DNA of 64,000 nt from Terriglobia bacterium (GTDB lineage Bacteria > Acidobacteriota > Polarisedimenticolia > Polarisedimenticolales > JAIQFR01), in contig CAVVHE010000004.1 in the NCBI GenBank assembly GCA_963748015.1, positions 256,001 to 320,000 of the forward strand, read 5' to 3'. The notes below the pieces were generated by a model that worked only from the letters and a program-made list of their open reading frames with translations, was not told where the DNA came from and ran no database searches. A program made the translations under genes and the position numbers. Positions 27,820 to 37,263 of this stretch are shown in pieces. Position 1 is the first letter of the stretch. Each line of letters begins with the position of its first letter.

Positions 27820-28983
27820 ATGAGACGACACGCCCTCGGATTGCTGTCGCTCGCGGCGGCCGCGCTTTGCGCCGCGCCGTCCTGGGGCGAGGAGCCCCTG
27901 CGGCCGACCGCCCCCGCCCCACAGCCTCCGGCCGCGGTGTCGGCCGCCGTTCCCGCGGCGCACATCGTCATCGAGAAGGACGTCCTCGACCTCGGAGAGA
28001 TCGCGAGGGGCACCAAGGCGGAGGGATCGTTCGTCCTGCGAAACACCGGGACGACGCCGGTCAAGATCCTCTCCGCGAAACCCGGCTGAGGCTGCACCGT
28101 GGCCTCGTTCGACGAGGTCATCCCGCCCGGGGAGGCGGGAAAGGTCATCGCGGCGATTCGCACCGACGCTCTCTCGGGCGCCGTGAGCAAGGTGGTGACC
28201 GTCACCACCGACGACCCGGGCCGCCCGACGTTCGCGCTCACGCTCCGCGCCACCGTCGTCGCCTCGGTGGACTTCTATCCGTCGCGCTCGATGTTCGTCT
28301 CCGCGAGAAATCCCGACAATCCCGGGGGAAAGGTGCTGGCGCGGAAGAGCGCGAACGAGAAGGGGAGTCTCGAAGTCACCGGCCTGACGGCGAGCGCGCC
28401 GTGGCTCAAGGTGTCCGCGCGCAAGCTGGAGGCCGCCGCCCCGGCGGGCGCCGGACTTCCGCCGTCGATCCCCTCGGACTGGCTGATCGAGGCCAGGATC
28501 GAGGGGGAGCCTCCGCCGGGCCGCAACGCCGTGCAGGTCAAGTTCAAGACCGGCCTCGCGCGCGAGCCCGAGATCGAGATCCCGGTGGTCGTGATCGTCC
28601 CCGCGCCGCTCTCGTTCTCGTCTCCCGTCCTCGACCTGCCGACGACGAACGCCGACCCGCCGCAGTCCGCGCGAGGGACGGTCTACGTCCTCCTGGGATC
28701 CGGGCTCGACCCGAAGGGGCTTTCGGTCGAGAGCCTCTCTCCCGCGTTCCGCGTGAAGACGGAACAGGTGGATCCCCGCAGGGTGAGGGTGGACGTGACC
28801 TGGTCGCCGGTCGCCGGCGACACGTCGCGGGAGAGCGCGATCGAGGCGAAGCTCGGCGATCTCTCGGCCTCGATCGCGGTGAGGCTGACCGCTCCCGTGC
28901 CCCCGGCGCCCCCTCCCGCCGTCATCACGCCGGAGAAGATCCGCCAGGGCACGACGCTCGTCCCGCTCGGCGGCGGGCAGTAA
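27820..28983 (+). CDS. Secreted DUF1573-like Ig-fold protein; probable selenoprotein (in-frame TGA 28087-28089)
   Basis: Signal peptide, DLGEIARG..F.LRNTG..V.I...KPG-TGA-GCTVA...IPPGEAG. The TGA sits at the first Cys of the family CGC motif and both halves are in frame. Confidence 0.8.
28101..28140 (+). promoter_or_regulatory. Candidate bacterial SECIS hairpin(s)
   Basis: GGCCTCGT-TCG-ACGAGGTC begins 11 nt after the TGA. A second hairpin TCCCGCC-CGGGGA-GGCGGGA follows at 28121-28140. Confidence 0.5.
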
Positions 28984-28987
28984 GAGC

Positions 28988-29467
28988 CTACTCCGTTCGG
29001 ACCTCCTCGAGCGCGCCCGCCGGGCCCTCGAGATGGTCGAGCACCGCCCGGGCCGCGTTGAGGGGGACGGACACCCGCACGCTTTCGCCGGGCGAGGTGA
29101 CCTCGGCGAGCAGGAGCTTTCCCCGCTTCGAGATCCGGACCGATTCCCCGCGCGACTTCACCTCCACGAGGCGCGCGTCGGGGCAGCGGGAGAGCTCGGA
29201 CAGGGCCGCCCTGGCCACCGGAAGCCAGGCCTCGATCTCCCGAGCGGTCTCGCGGCCGGCCTCCGCCGGGATGAACTCCGCGGCGATCCGGACGAGGGCC
29301 CCGGGTAGCTTGATCGAGACGTCGTCCCCGCCCGGACCGGTCGAGTGCACCTCGATCTCCACCGTGCCGTAGGCGTAGCGCAGCCAGGCGGCGGTGCCGG
29401 CGCCGGCCGCGAGCACGACGATCGCGACGACCCCGATGGCGGCGAGAATGCGATCCGTCACGCTCAT
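28988..29467 (-). CDS. Hypothetical membrane-anchored protein
   Basis: N-terminal TM helix, coupled to the upstream gene and similar to it (ESVRISKRGKLL vs EKVRVAKRGGFL). Confidence 0.7.
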   Translation of the reverse strand: MSVTDRILAAIGVVAIVVLAAGAGTAAWLRYAYGTVEIEVHSTGPGGDDVSIKLPGALVRIAAEFIPAEAGRETAREIEAWLPVARAALSELSRCPDARLVEVKSRGESVRISKRGKLLLAEVTSPGESVRVSVPLNAARAVLDHLEGPAGALEEVRTE

Positions 29468-29480
29468 GGCCGGCTCCTCC

Positions 29481-30053
29481 CTACTTGCTGCCTTCGTCGG
29501 AATCGATCCAGATCCTCACGTGGCTGTCGCCGTCGTTCACGGTGACGATGTCCCCGGTCCCGTGCTGCGCCAAGGCGTCGATCGCCGCGGCGACGTTCAG
29601 CTCGTCCCCCTGGGCGCCCGAGAGCAGCGCGTCCACGACCGCGAGCGGGAGCTTCACGTCCACGGTCTTCTGCGTCTCCTTGCCCTCCTTCACCTGGACG
29701 AGGAGGAACCCGCCACGCTTGGCCACCCGGACCTTCTCCTTCGGGCCGTCCACCGTCACGTACTCGCCGTCGCGGCTCGACCGGACCGCGTCGAGGATCG
29801 CCCGCAGGTCGGCGGCCGACATGTTCTCCGCCCCCAGGTGCATCTTGACCTTGCCGCCGCTCAGGTTCTCGTGGTGCACGAGGGGGAGGATCTTGGTCAC
29901 GAGCTCGAGGGGCACGTTGACCCGCACGACCGAGCCGTCCTCTCCCGGCTCGTCCACGGCGACGTGGATCCACTGCCCGGAGGTCGCGGCCGGCGCCGCG
30001 GAAAAGGCCAGTACTGCTGCGGCCGCGAGACATAGGATCGCGAGTTTCTTCAT
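29481..30053 (-). CDS. Hypothetical secreted protein
   Basis: RBS GGAGGAG, signal peptide MKKLAILCLAAAAVLAFSAA, internal repeat (VNVPLELV / VKLPLAVV). Confidence 0.75.
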   Translation of the reverse strand: MKKLAILCLAAAAVLAFSAAPAATSGQWIHVAVDEPGEDGSVVRVNVPLELVTKILPLVHHENLSGGKVKMHLGAENMSAADLRAILDAVRSSRDGEYVTVDGPKEKVRVAKRGGFLLVQVKEGKETQKTVDVKLPLAVVDALLSGAQGDELNVAAAIDALAQHGTGDIVTVNDGDSHVRIWIDSDEGSK

Positions 30054-30164
30054 GTCGTCTCCTCCTCGCCAGCTTGGACCGCGGAGGTCCCGGTCCGGCG
30101 CCGTCGTTGTAGAGAACGCACGGCCCCCCACGGGGGTTCCAGGAAAAACGGGAGGGCGGCCCCG

Positions 30165-30695
30165 TCAGAGGCCCGGGATCTCGCTCCTGCAGGACGGGCA
30201 GAAATCGGCGGCCTTGAGGTCGATCTCCTCGACGTACGTCGAGGAGCGCATGACGCAGCTGGGGTTCGTGCAGTGGACGAGGCCGTAGGTGTGCCCCAGC
30301 TCGTGCAGCGCCTCCTTGTCCAGACGCTCCAGGAAGACCGCCTCGTCGGGGGGAAGTCCGTAGGCCTCGTTGCGAAGCCGGTGAGCGGAGACGACGGCCG
30401 CCTTCCCGTCGAGCTGCGCCTCGCCGAAGACGAACGTCAGGACGGGGACGAACAGGTCGACGCTCGTGACGCCGAGCACCTTCGAGGCGCCGGGGTCGAG
30501 CCCCCGGAGGAGCTGCGCGAGGAAGAGGGTCGAGTTGTACTGGCCTCGCGAAGGATCGAAGGGAAGCTCCGGGTCGAACCACGGGGGCCGGATCTGGACC
30601 TCGAGGCCGAACGTCCGGCCCAGCCGCTCCGCGAGCCTCTCGATCATCGCGTGCCGATCGCTGAAGTAGATCGGCACGAGGCAGAGGGATGGCAT
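30165..30695 (-). CDS. Archaemetzincin (peptidase M54)
   Basis: HELGHTYGLVHC, CVMRSS Met-turn, FCPSC zinc site, TFVFGEAQL. Confidence 0.93.
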   Translation of the reverse strand: MPSLCLVPIYFSDRHAMIERLAERLGRTFGLEVQIRPPWFDPELPFDPSRGQYNSTLFLAQLLRGLDPGASKVLGVTSVDLFVPVLTFVFGEAQLDGKAAVVSAHRLRNEAYGLPPDEAVFLERLDKEALHELGHTYGLVHCTNPSCVMRSSTYVEEIDLKAADFCPSCRSEIPGL

Positions 30696-30701
30696 GTACG
30701 G

Positions 30702-32045
30702 CTACTTGCGCAGATCGTACTTCTTGATCTTGTTGTAGAGGGTCACGCGGTCGATCTTGAGGGTCTCCGCGGCCCGGGTGATGTTCCAGCCGGCGCGCTC
30801 GAGGATCCGCTGGATGTGGGCCTTCTCCATCGCGGCCAGAGAGTCGGCCGGGATGCTGTCCGATCGAGAGCTGATCTGGAGCGGGAGGTCCCCGGGGCGC
30901 ACCGCCGGAGGCTTGCCCACCACGAGAGCCCGCTCTATCGCGTTGCCGAGCTCCCGGATGTTGCCCGGCCATTCGTGACGCACGAGGAGGTCCATGGCGT
31001 CCGGGCTGATGTCGGTGAAGTTCTTGTTCATCTGCAGCGCGAACTTCCTGAGGAAGTGCTGGGCGAGCGCGGGAATGTCCTGGCGCCGCTCGCGCAGCGG
31101 CGGAAGGTAGATGCTGAAGACGTTCAGCCGGTAGTAGAGGTCCTCGCGGAACCCGCCCTCCTCGACCGTCTTCTCGAGGTTCTGGTTCGTGGCGCAGATC
31201 ACGCGGAAGTCCACGCGGGTGGGCTTCGTCCCGCCGAGGCGGGTGAACTCCTTCGTCTCGAGCACGCGCAGCAGCTCGACCTGGGTCTTGAGGGAGATCG
31301 TGCCCACCTCGTCCAGGAAGAGCGTGCCGCCGTTGGCCATCTCGAGCTTCCCCTTGCGGCGGTACACCGCGCCGGTGAACGCCCCCTTCTCGTGGCCGAA
31401 CAGCTCGCTCTCGAGGAGCGACTCCGAAAGGGCGCCGCAGTTCACCGGCACTATCGGGAAGTAGCGGCGGTGGCTGTTGGCGTGGATCGCCTGGGCGATC
31501 AGCTCCTTGCCGGTGCCGCTCTCGCCGCGGATCAGGACGGTCGCGTCGGTCTCCGCCACCGAGCGGACCAGCTCGAGCACCTTGTGCATCTGCGGGCTGT
31601 CGCCCACGATCTCGCCGAACTGCGAGAGCTGGTCGAGCTTCTCCCGGAGCTGGACGTTCTCGGTCTTGAGGCGCCGCTGGTCGATCGCCTTGCGCACCAG
31701 GTGGCTCAGCTCGTCGGGATCGATCGGCTTGGTGATGTAGTCGAACGCCCCCTGTTTCAGCGCCTGTACCGCCGACTCCACCGAGGCGTAGGCGGTGACC
31801 ATCACCGTGATGATGTCGGGATCGATCTCGTGGATGCGCTGCTGCAGCTCGAGGCCGTCCATCCCGGGCATCTTGATGTCCAGGAGGACGATGTCCCAAG
31901 ACCCCTCCTGGAGCTTCCCCAGCGCCTCCGTGGCGTTCTCGGCGGTCTCGACCCTGAACCCGTCCTTGCGGAACCAGCCGCAGAGCGAGTCCCGGACCGA
32001 GAACTCGTCGTCCACTACCAGGATGCTGGCGTCCTCTCGTTTCAT
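30702..32045 (-). CDS. Sigma-54 dependent response regulator (NtrC/AtoC family)
   Basis: Receiver domain (ILVVDDE, LLDIKMP), [22 protein letters not shown], Fis-type HTH. Confidence 0.96.
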   Translation of the reverse strand: MKREDASILVVDDEFSVRDSLCGWFRKDGFRVETAENATEALGKLQEGSWDIVLLDIKMPGMDGLELQQRIHEIDPDIITVMVTAYASVESAVQALKQGAFDYITKPIDPDELSHLVRKAIDQRRLKTENVQLREKLDQLSQFGEIVGDSPQMHKVLELVRSVAETDATVLIRGESGTGKELIAQAIHANSHRRYFPIVPVNCGALSESLLESELFGHEKGAFTGAVYRRKGKLEMANGGTLFLDEVGTISLKTQVELLRVLETKEFTRLGGTKPTRVDFRVICATNQNLEKTVEEGGFREDLYYRLNVFSIYLPPLRERRQDIPALAQHFLRKFALQMNKNFTDISPDAMDLLVRHEWPGNIRELGNAIERALVVGKPPAVRPGDLPLQISSRSDSIPADSLAAMEKAHIQRILERAGWNITRAAETLKIDRVTLYNKIKKYDLRK

Positions 32046-32203
32046 GCGCGCGACCTCTTCCTTTCTCGCGAACGGGACCACGGCGCGCCCGCGCCTCGGA
32101 GCGGCGGCGCCGGATACGGGGCCCGGGGGCGACGGCGGAGTCCTCAGGATAGCGCGGGTGCGGGGCTCCGCCGGCGAGCCGGCTCCCGTCCCGCCGCCGG
32201 CGG

Positions 32204-33871
32204 TCACGCCTGCCTCCCGCCCGGACCGGCCTCGGCGGTCTCGGGCGCCACCGGCTTCCTGGGGAAGCGCAGCGTGAACGTCGTGCCCTTCCCGATCGCG
32301 GAGTCCACGTCGACGCGCCCCGCGTGGCGCTGCACGATGCCGTAGACCACGGAGAGGCCGAGCCCCACCCCGGTGCCTCCCTCCTTGGTGGAGAAGAACG
32401 GCTCGAAGACGTGGGTGAGGACCTCCGGCGGGATCCCGACCCCCGTGTCCGCCACCTGGATTCGCACCGCGTCCGCGTCCCCTTCCGCGCGGAGCGTCAA
32501 GGTGCCCCCCTGGGGCATCGCCTCCACGGCGTTGACGAGCAGCGCCAGGACCGCCTGCTGGAGCTGGTCGGCGTCGCAGACGACCTGGTCGTCCCCCGCG
32601 CAGGGAACGCTTTCGAGCCGGATCCCCTTCATCTCGACATGGTGGCGGATCAGCATGGCGGCGCGGTCGAGGATCGGGTTCACGCGCTGCAGCGCGAACT
32701 CGCCGCCGGAGACCCGGGCGAAGGTCAACAGGTTGCGGACGATGTCGCCGCAGCGGCGGGACTCCTTCTGGATCAGGTCGAGGTATCGCGCGATCTCGTC
32801 CCGCTCGCCCGGGGCGAACCCCTCGTCGCCGAGGCTTCGCCCGATCAGCTTGGCGTAGGTCAGGATCCCCGCGAGCGGGTTGTTCAGCTCGTGCGCGACC
32901 GTGGCCGAGAGCTTCCCCAGCGAGGCCATCTTCTCCATCTGGACGATCTGCTGGTGGGCGTGGCCGAGCTCGTCCGTCTTCTCGACCACCTTCTTCTCGA
33001 GCCTCTCCGACCACGCGGTCAGCTCGCGGCGCGCCAGCCGGAGGTCGTCCGTCATCGAGTTGAAGCTCACCGCGAGCTGGCCGATCTGGTTCCGCGTGCC
33101 CACGTCGATCCGCGTGTCCAGGTCTCCGCGCGCGACGCGCTCCGTTCCCGCGATCAGCCTCCGGACCGGCACGCGGACCACGCGGTAGATGAAGAGGCCC
33201 GAGGAGGCGCCGATCACCGCGACCATCAGGAGGCTCGCGAGCATGAGGTTCCGGTTCATCGCCCGCATCCGCTCGTCGGCGGAGGAGAGCGACATCATCA
33301 CGTCGAGGACCCCGAGGATGGTCTGGTCCTTCCGATGCGCGTGGCAGGCCGCGTCGGAGCACTCCGGCTGGTTCTCGATCGGGCTGATGAGCCCGAGGAC
33401 CCGCCCCCCGTCCGCGTTCTGGTACACGCGCGTGCGGTTCTTCGTCGGGACCGAATGGAGCGGCTGGGCCCGGTCATGGCAGACGACGCACGCATCCGCC
33501 TGGAGATCCACGCTCCGGCCGATCTCGGCGGGATCGGCGGAGAAGATGATCACGCCCCGCTTGTCGTAGATCCTCACCCCGGCGACGTCCGGGGTCTGGG
33601 CGATCTTCGCGATGGTGCGGTGGATCTCCTCCTTCCGGTTGAGGAGCATCCCGAAGTAGGTGCCCTTCTTGATGAGCTCGCTGGTTCGGCTCGCGCTCTG
33701 CTCCAGGAAGTCCATCCACTGGGTCGACGTGGAGCGCGCGCCCACGAACGCCTGCAGGACGCCCCCAGCGACGACGACGCCGAAGAGGAGCAGGAACAGC
33801 CGCAAGCTCACGGAGTTGTAGAGCCGCGAGAGGCGGCCGGGAGGCGCAACGGCTTGGCTAGGCTCGGGCAT
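32204..33871 (-). CDS. Sensor histidine kinase with periplasmic c-type heme motifs and HAMP domain
   Basis: Two TM helices flank CVVCH and CSDAACH. HAMP domain, AHELNNPL H-box, and N/G1/F/G2 boxes follow. Confidence 0.93.
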   Translation of the reverse strand: MPEPSQAVAPPGRLSRLYNSVSLRLFLLLFGVVVAGGVLQAFVGARSTSTQWMDFLEQSASRTSELIKKGTYFGMLLNRKEEIHRTIAKIAQTPDVAGVRIYDKRGVIIFSADPAEIGRSVDLQADACVVCHDRAQPLHSVPTKNRTRVYQNADGGRVLGLISPIENQPECSDAACHAHRKDQTILGVLDVMMSLSSADERMRAMNRNLMLASLLMVAVIGASSGLFIYRVVRVPVRRLIAGTERVARGDLDTRIDVGTRNQIGQLAVSFNSMTDDLRLARRELTAWSERLEKKVVEKTDELGHAHQQIVQMEKMASLGKLSATVAHELNNPLAGILTYAKLIGRSLGDEGFAPGERDEIARYLDLIQKESRRCGDIVRNLLTFARVSGGEFALQRVNPILDRAAMLIRHHVEMKGIRLESVPCAGDDQVVCDADQLQQAVLALLVNAVEAMPQGGTLTLRAEGDADAVRIQVADTGVGIPPEVLTHVFEPFFSTKEGGTGVGLGLSVVYGIVQRHAGRVDVDSAIGKGTTFTLRFPRKPVAPETAEAGPGGRQA

Positions 33872-33973
33872 CCCGCTGTATCGTCCGTCCGTCCCGCGCT
33901 TGGGACGTCATTCTCGCACAGAACGCCGCGGACCCCCAAGATCCCGCCGCGCGAATCCGGCGGCTCGTCCGGT

Positions 33974-34720
33974 TCACCCGATGAGGCGCGCGACGATGCC
34001 GTAGTAGGCGGTCGAGCCGAGCATGCGCCGGAGGTCCTGCGCCGGCTCGCCCCCGTCGGCCAGGGTCGGGCCGACCGTGCGGCCGTGCTCGTCCCCGGCC
34101 GCGCCGAGCGAGAGATCCCGCAGCCGGTCCGCGCCCGCGCGGGCGCGCTCCCGGATCTCGGCGGCGGTGAGCAGCCCGCCGACCGCGTCTTCCGCGTTCT
34201 CGCAGGCGATCTCGAGAAGCCATCCCTCGTCGTAGGGCGACTCGGCGGCCAGGGCGGGGGAGCCGCGCAGGCGGGGATTCTGGCGAACGACCGTTCCGGA
34301 AACCGGGCTCTTGAGCGACAGCGTGACGGCCTCGTCGGTCACCCAGCAGCCGGCGTGTCCCTTCTCGACGCGCCCGCCGGCGGCGGGAAGCACGACCTCC
34401 GAGATGTGGCGGAGCAGGCGGGCGGCGAAGGCGTCGAGGCCGATCCGGATGCGGCGGTCGCCGGTCACCCCGGCCCAGGTGTGCCCTTCGCCGTAGCGGC
34501 GGTCTTCCGGGAAATCGGCGCCGGCGAGAGGGGCGGCGCTCTCGGCCCCGACCGCCGGGGACCCCTGGCCGCGAAGGCATGCGTCGAGGGGGCACTCCTC
34601 GCAGCGGAATCCGCGGTCGCACAGCTTGTAGGCGATCTGTCCCGCGGACATCCACACGCAGGGCTCCGCGTCGTCCCTCAGGAGCTGTCGTAGCGGTCGG
34701 TCGTTCTTGGGGTCGCTCAT
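33974..34720 (-). CDS. GcvH-fold protein with N-terminal Cys cluster, no lipoyl lysine
   Basis: CVWM..KLCDRGFRCEECPLD, then GHTWA, IGLDAFA, SPVSGTV, PYDEGWLL, C-terminal GPTLADGG. Confidence 0.8.
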   Translation of the reverse strand: MSDPKNDRPLRQLLRDDAEPCVWMSAGQIAYKLCDRGFRCEECPLDACLRGQGSPAVGAESAAPLAGADFPEDRRYGEGHTWAGVTGDRRIRIGLDAFAARLLRHISEVVLPAAGGRVEKGHAGCWVTDEAVTLSLKSPVSGTVVRQNPRLRGSPALAAESPYDEGWLLEIACENAEDAVGGLLTAAEIRERARAGADRLRDLSLGAAGDEHGRTVGPTLADGGEPAQDLRRMLGSTAYYGIVARLIG

Positions 34721-34751
34721 GATGTGCTCTCCCCGCATGCCGTTGCGACGG

Positions 34752-36383
34752 TTACCGGTGACAGGCGGAGCAATCGTCCTGCACGGAGAAAGCCGTCTTC
34801 CCGTTGTGGCAGGACGCGCAAAGGTCGCCCTCGTGAATCCGCTTCTGCGAGAGCTCGCCGACGACCGGCTTCCCGGCCTCCGTCAGACGGAACGGCCCGT
34901 TGTGGCAGGCGCCGCACTTGGGGTTCTTCGAATCCACGTGGCTCCGGTGGCTGAAGGTCACGCCGCCAGGACTCTCGCTCCCCTTCGGGAAGGCGTAGTC
35001 CTCGGGCAGCGTGAGCTCGGCGGTCCGGACCACCGGCGGCAAGCCGGCGGTCGCGAGCTCGGGCGGCGCGGCGGGGCGGCTCGCGTTGCGGCTGTACCCG
35101 ACCGCCAGGAACCCGGCGAGGAGGAGCACCCAGAGGCCCGCGAGCACCCGCTTCCCGAAGGCGGGCTGGGTCCGGCTGAGGATGCGGGAGGCCGCGGCAC
35201 GGTCGATGACCAGGGCCTGCCCGTCCTTCCCGTGGACGACGACGGCGGCGTCCTCGGCCCAGGGCTCCTTCGCCTCGGGGAACACCGGGAGGTACTTGAC
35301 CGCGAGCGAGAACAGGGTGAATCCGGCCCCGACGATGGAGAGGGTGACGAAGACCTCGAGGACCGACGGGAAGTAGTTTACGCCGGAAGAGGCCGCCATG
35401 CCGGTGATCGCGACGTTCAGGCGGTTCACGATGAACCCCATGATCGTCAGGACGGCCGCGAAGAAGAGGCCGTTCTCGTTCCGGCGGACCTTCGGGATCG
35501 CGAACAGGATCATCGGGAGGATGACGCCGAGTCCGACCTCGCCCCAGAACATCACGCTCTCGGGGGTCACCTCGAACACCTTGCCGAGGTTGCCGCGAAC
35601 GAAGAGGTCCTGGGCCTTCCAGACCGCGTAGACCCCGAGCACCACCACCGAGACGCGTCCGAGTCCCTGGAGCAGGTCGGCCTCGAGGCGCTTGCCGAAC
35701 GCCCGGTAGCTCATGTACGACTCGAAGATCGTCATCGACAGGCCGCCGGCGATCGCCGAGATGAAGAAGAAGACCGGGAGGAAGGGGGTGTACCACAGGC
35801 CGTGCAGCTTGTCGGCCGCGATGACGTAAAGGGTGCCCAGCGAGGACTGGTGCATGGTCGAGAGGAGCACGCCGAGGATGACGAGCGGGACGTAGATCCT
35901 CCGGATGACCCGGAGCGGGAGATGCCAGCCGAACCGCTCGAACACGAGCGGGCTGAACTCGAGGGCGAGCACGGTGGTGTACAGCATCACGCACCAGCCC
36001 ACCTCGAACATCACGGAGTGGGGGTTCCACATGATGATCGGGTGCCAGATGTTCCACGGCCGCCCGAGGTCGAACAGCAGCGCCACGATCACGAGGAGGT
36101 AGCCGAGAAAGGCGGTGAGGATCGTCGGTCGCGCGATCTCCTCGTACTTCTCCATCCGGAAGACGTGAACCGTGGCCGCCACGACGAATCCGCCGGCGGC
36201 CAGGCCGACGCCGACGAGCATGTCGAAGCCGATCCACAGCCCCCAGGGAAACGCGTCGGAGAGGTTCGTGCTCGCCCCGAGCCCGAAGTAGAACCGGACG
36301 AAGGCGGCGTACGCCCCCCCGGCGAGGACCAGTCCCAGCAGGACCTTCCAGAACGTCAGCTTGCCGATGAAGTTCTTGATCAT
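34752..36383 (-). CDS. NrfD/HybB-type membrane subunit fused to a c7-type triheme cytochrome
   Basis: PWGLWIGFD, DLGRPW, SVMFEV, LSTMHQSSLG, then VTFSHRSH, CGACH, CASCH, CSACH. Confidence 0.9.
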   Translation of the reverse strand: MIKNFIGKLTFWKVLLGLVLAGGAYAAFVRFYFGLGASTNLSDAFPWGLWIGFDMLVGVGLAAGGFVVAATVHVFRMEKYEEIARPTILTAFLGYLLVIVALLFDLGRPWNIWHPIIMWNPHSVMFEVGWCVMLYTTVLALEFSPLVFERFGWHLPLRVIRRIYVPLVILGVLLSTMHQSSLGTLYVIAADKLHGLWYTPFLPVFFFISAIAGGLSMTIFESYMSYRAFGKRLEADLLQGLGRVSVVVLGVYAVWKAQDLFVRGNLGKVFEVTPESVMFWGEVGLGVILPMILFAIPKVRRNENGLFFAAVLTIMGFIVNRLNVAITGMAASSGVNYFPSVLEVFVTLSIVGAGFTLFSLAVKYLPVFPEAKEPWAEDAAVVVHGKDGQALVIDRAAASRILSRTQPAFGKRVLAGLWVLLLAGFLAVGYSRNASRPAAPPELATAGLPPVVRTAELTLPEDYAFPKGSESPGGVTFSHRSHVDSKNPKCGACHNGPFRLTEAGKPVVGELSQKRIHEGDLCASCHNGKTAFSVQDDCSACHR

Positions 36384-36420
36384 GATCGTTCGCTTCCTCG
36401 AAGGGTTGGAGTTCCCCGCT

Positions 36421-37197
36421 CTATTCCGACGCCTTGCCCTGGCCGCCGTGGCCGTGACCATGGCCTTTCCCCTCGTGTCCGGCGACATCATCCCGGCGGT
36501 TCGTGATCCACCAGATGCCGAACAGCGTGACGCCCCAGATGCTGATGACCTGGGGGAGCTTGGACAGGACGTTCCAGGTCAGCTTCGGATAGGGGTCCTC
36601 CTTGACGTCGGTCCGGAACCCCAGCTTCGAGAACGGCACGTCGCTGATGTACAGGACGGAGGTGCCGCCGGCCTCCGTCAGGCCGTAAACGTGGTCGACG
36701 TAACGGCCGGGCTCCGCCTTGAGCCGGCGCCGCGCCTCGAGAATCAGCGCGTCCCGCTCGCCGAAGATCGTGGCGCCGGTCGGGCACGCCGACGTGCACG
36801 CGGGCTCCTTCCCGTCCTTCACCCGACGGTCGAAGCACAGGATGCACTTGCGGACGAGAGGGAGTGCCTTGTCCCACTCGTACTTCGGGATCCCGAACGG
36901 GCACCCGATCATGCAGTAGCGGCACCCCATGCAGCGCTCCGGCAGGTAGACGACGGGTCCCTGCGGGGTCTTCTGGAACGCGGCGACCGGACAGACCGAC
37001 GCGCACGCCGGGTCCTCGCAGTGCATGCAGTGGCGTCTAACGTTCGTGCCGCCGTGCCGCTCGATCGCGGTCCACGTCGTGCCCGAGAGCGACTTGGCGT
37101 GGTCGTCCCGGGGCAGCTCGTTGATGTCCTTGCACGCCCAGACGCACGCCTCGCATCCCACGCACTTCGTCAAGTCCGTCAGGATCCCTACCTTCAT
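36421..37197 (-). CDS. 4x[4Fe-4S] electron-transfer subunit (HybA/FdnH/NrfC-like) with C-terminal TM anchor
   Basis: CVGCEACVWAC, CMHCEDPACASVCP, CMGCRYCMIGCP, CILC..PACTSACP, EAGGTSVLY. Confidence 0.92.
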   Translation of the reverse strand: MKVGILTDLTKCVGCEACVWACKDINELPRDDHAKSLSGTTWTAIERHGGTNVRRHCMHCEDPACASVCPVAAFQKTPQGPVVYLPERCMGCRYCMIGCPFGIPKYEWDKALPLVRKCILCFDRRVKDGKEPACTSACPTGATIFGERDALILEARRRLKAEPGRYVDHVYGLTEAGGTSVLYISDVPFSKLGFRTDVKEDPYPKLTWNVLSKLPQVISIWGVTLFGIWWITNRRDDVAGHEGKGHGHGHGGQGKASE

Positions 37198-37263
37198 CTC
37201 GGCCTCCGTGAGAGTTTCTTGGCACCCGCTTGCCGGGGGCTTCCGTCCGATTCCGATTCCGCG

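Noticed and set aside
27820..28983. Two separate genes or a nonsense pseudogene
   Set aside because: The stop is TGA exactly at a motif Cys, with both halves intact and hairpins downstream. Recoding is the better explanation, though unproven.
34752..37197. Hydrogenase-2 (hybAB) or formate dehydrogenase operon
   Set aside because: No NiFe subunits, molybdopterin subunit or maturation genes in the cluster.
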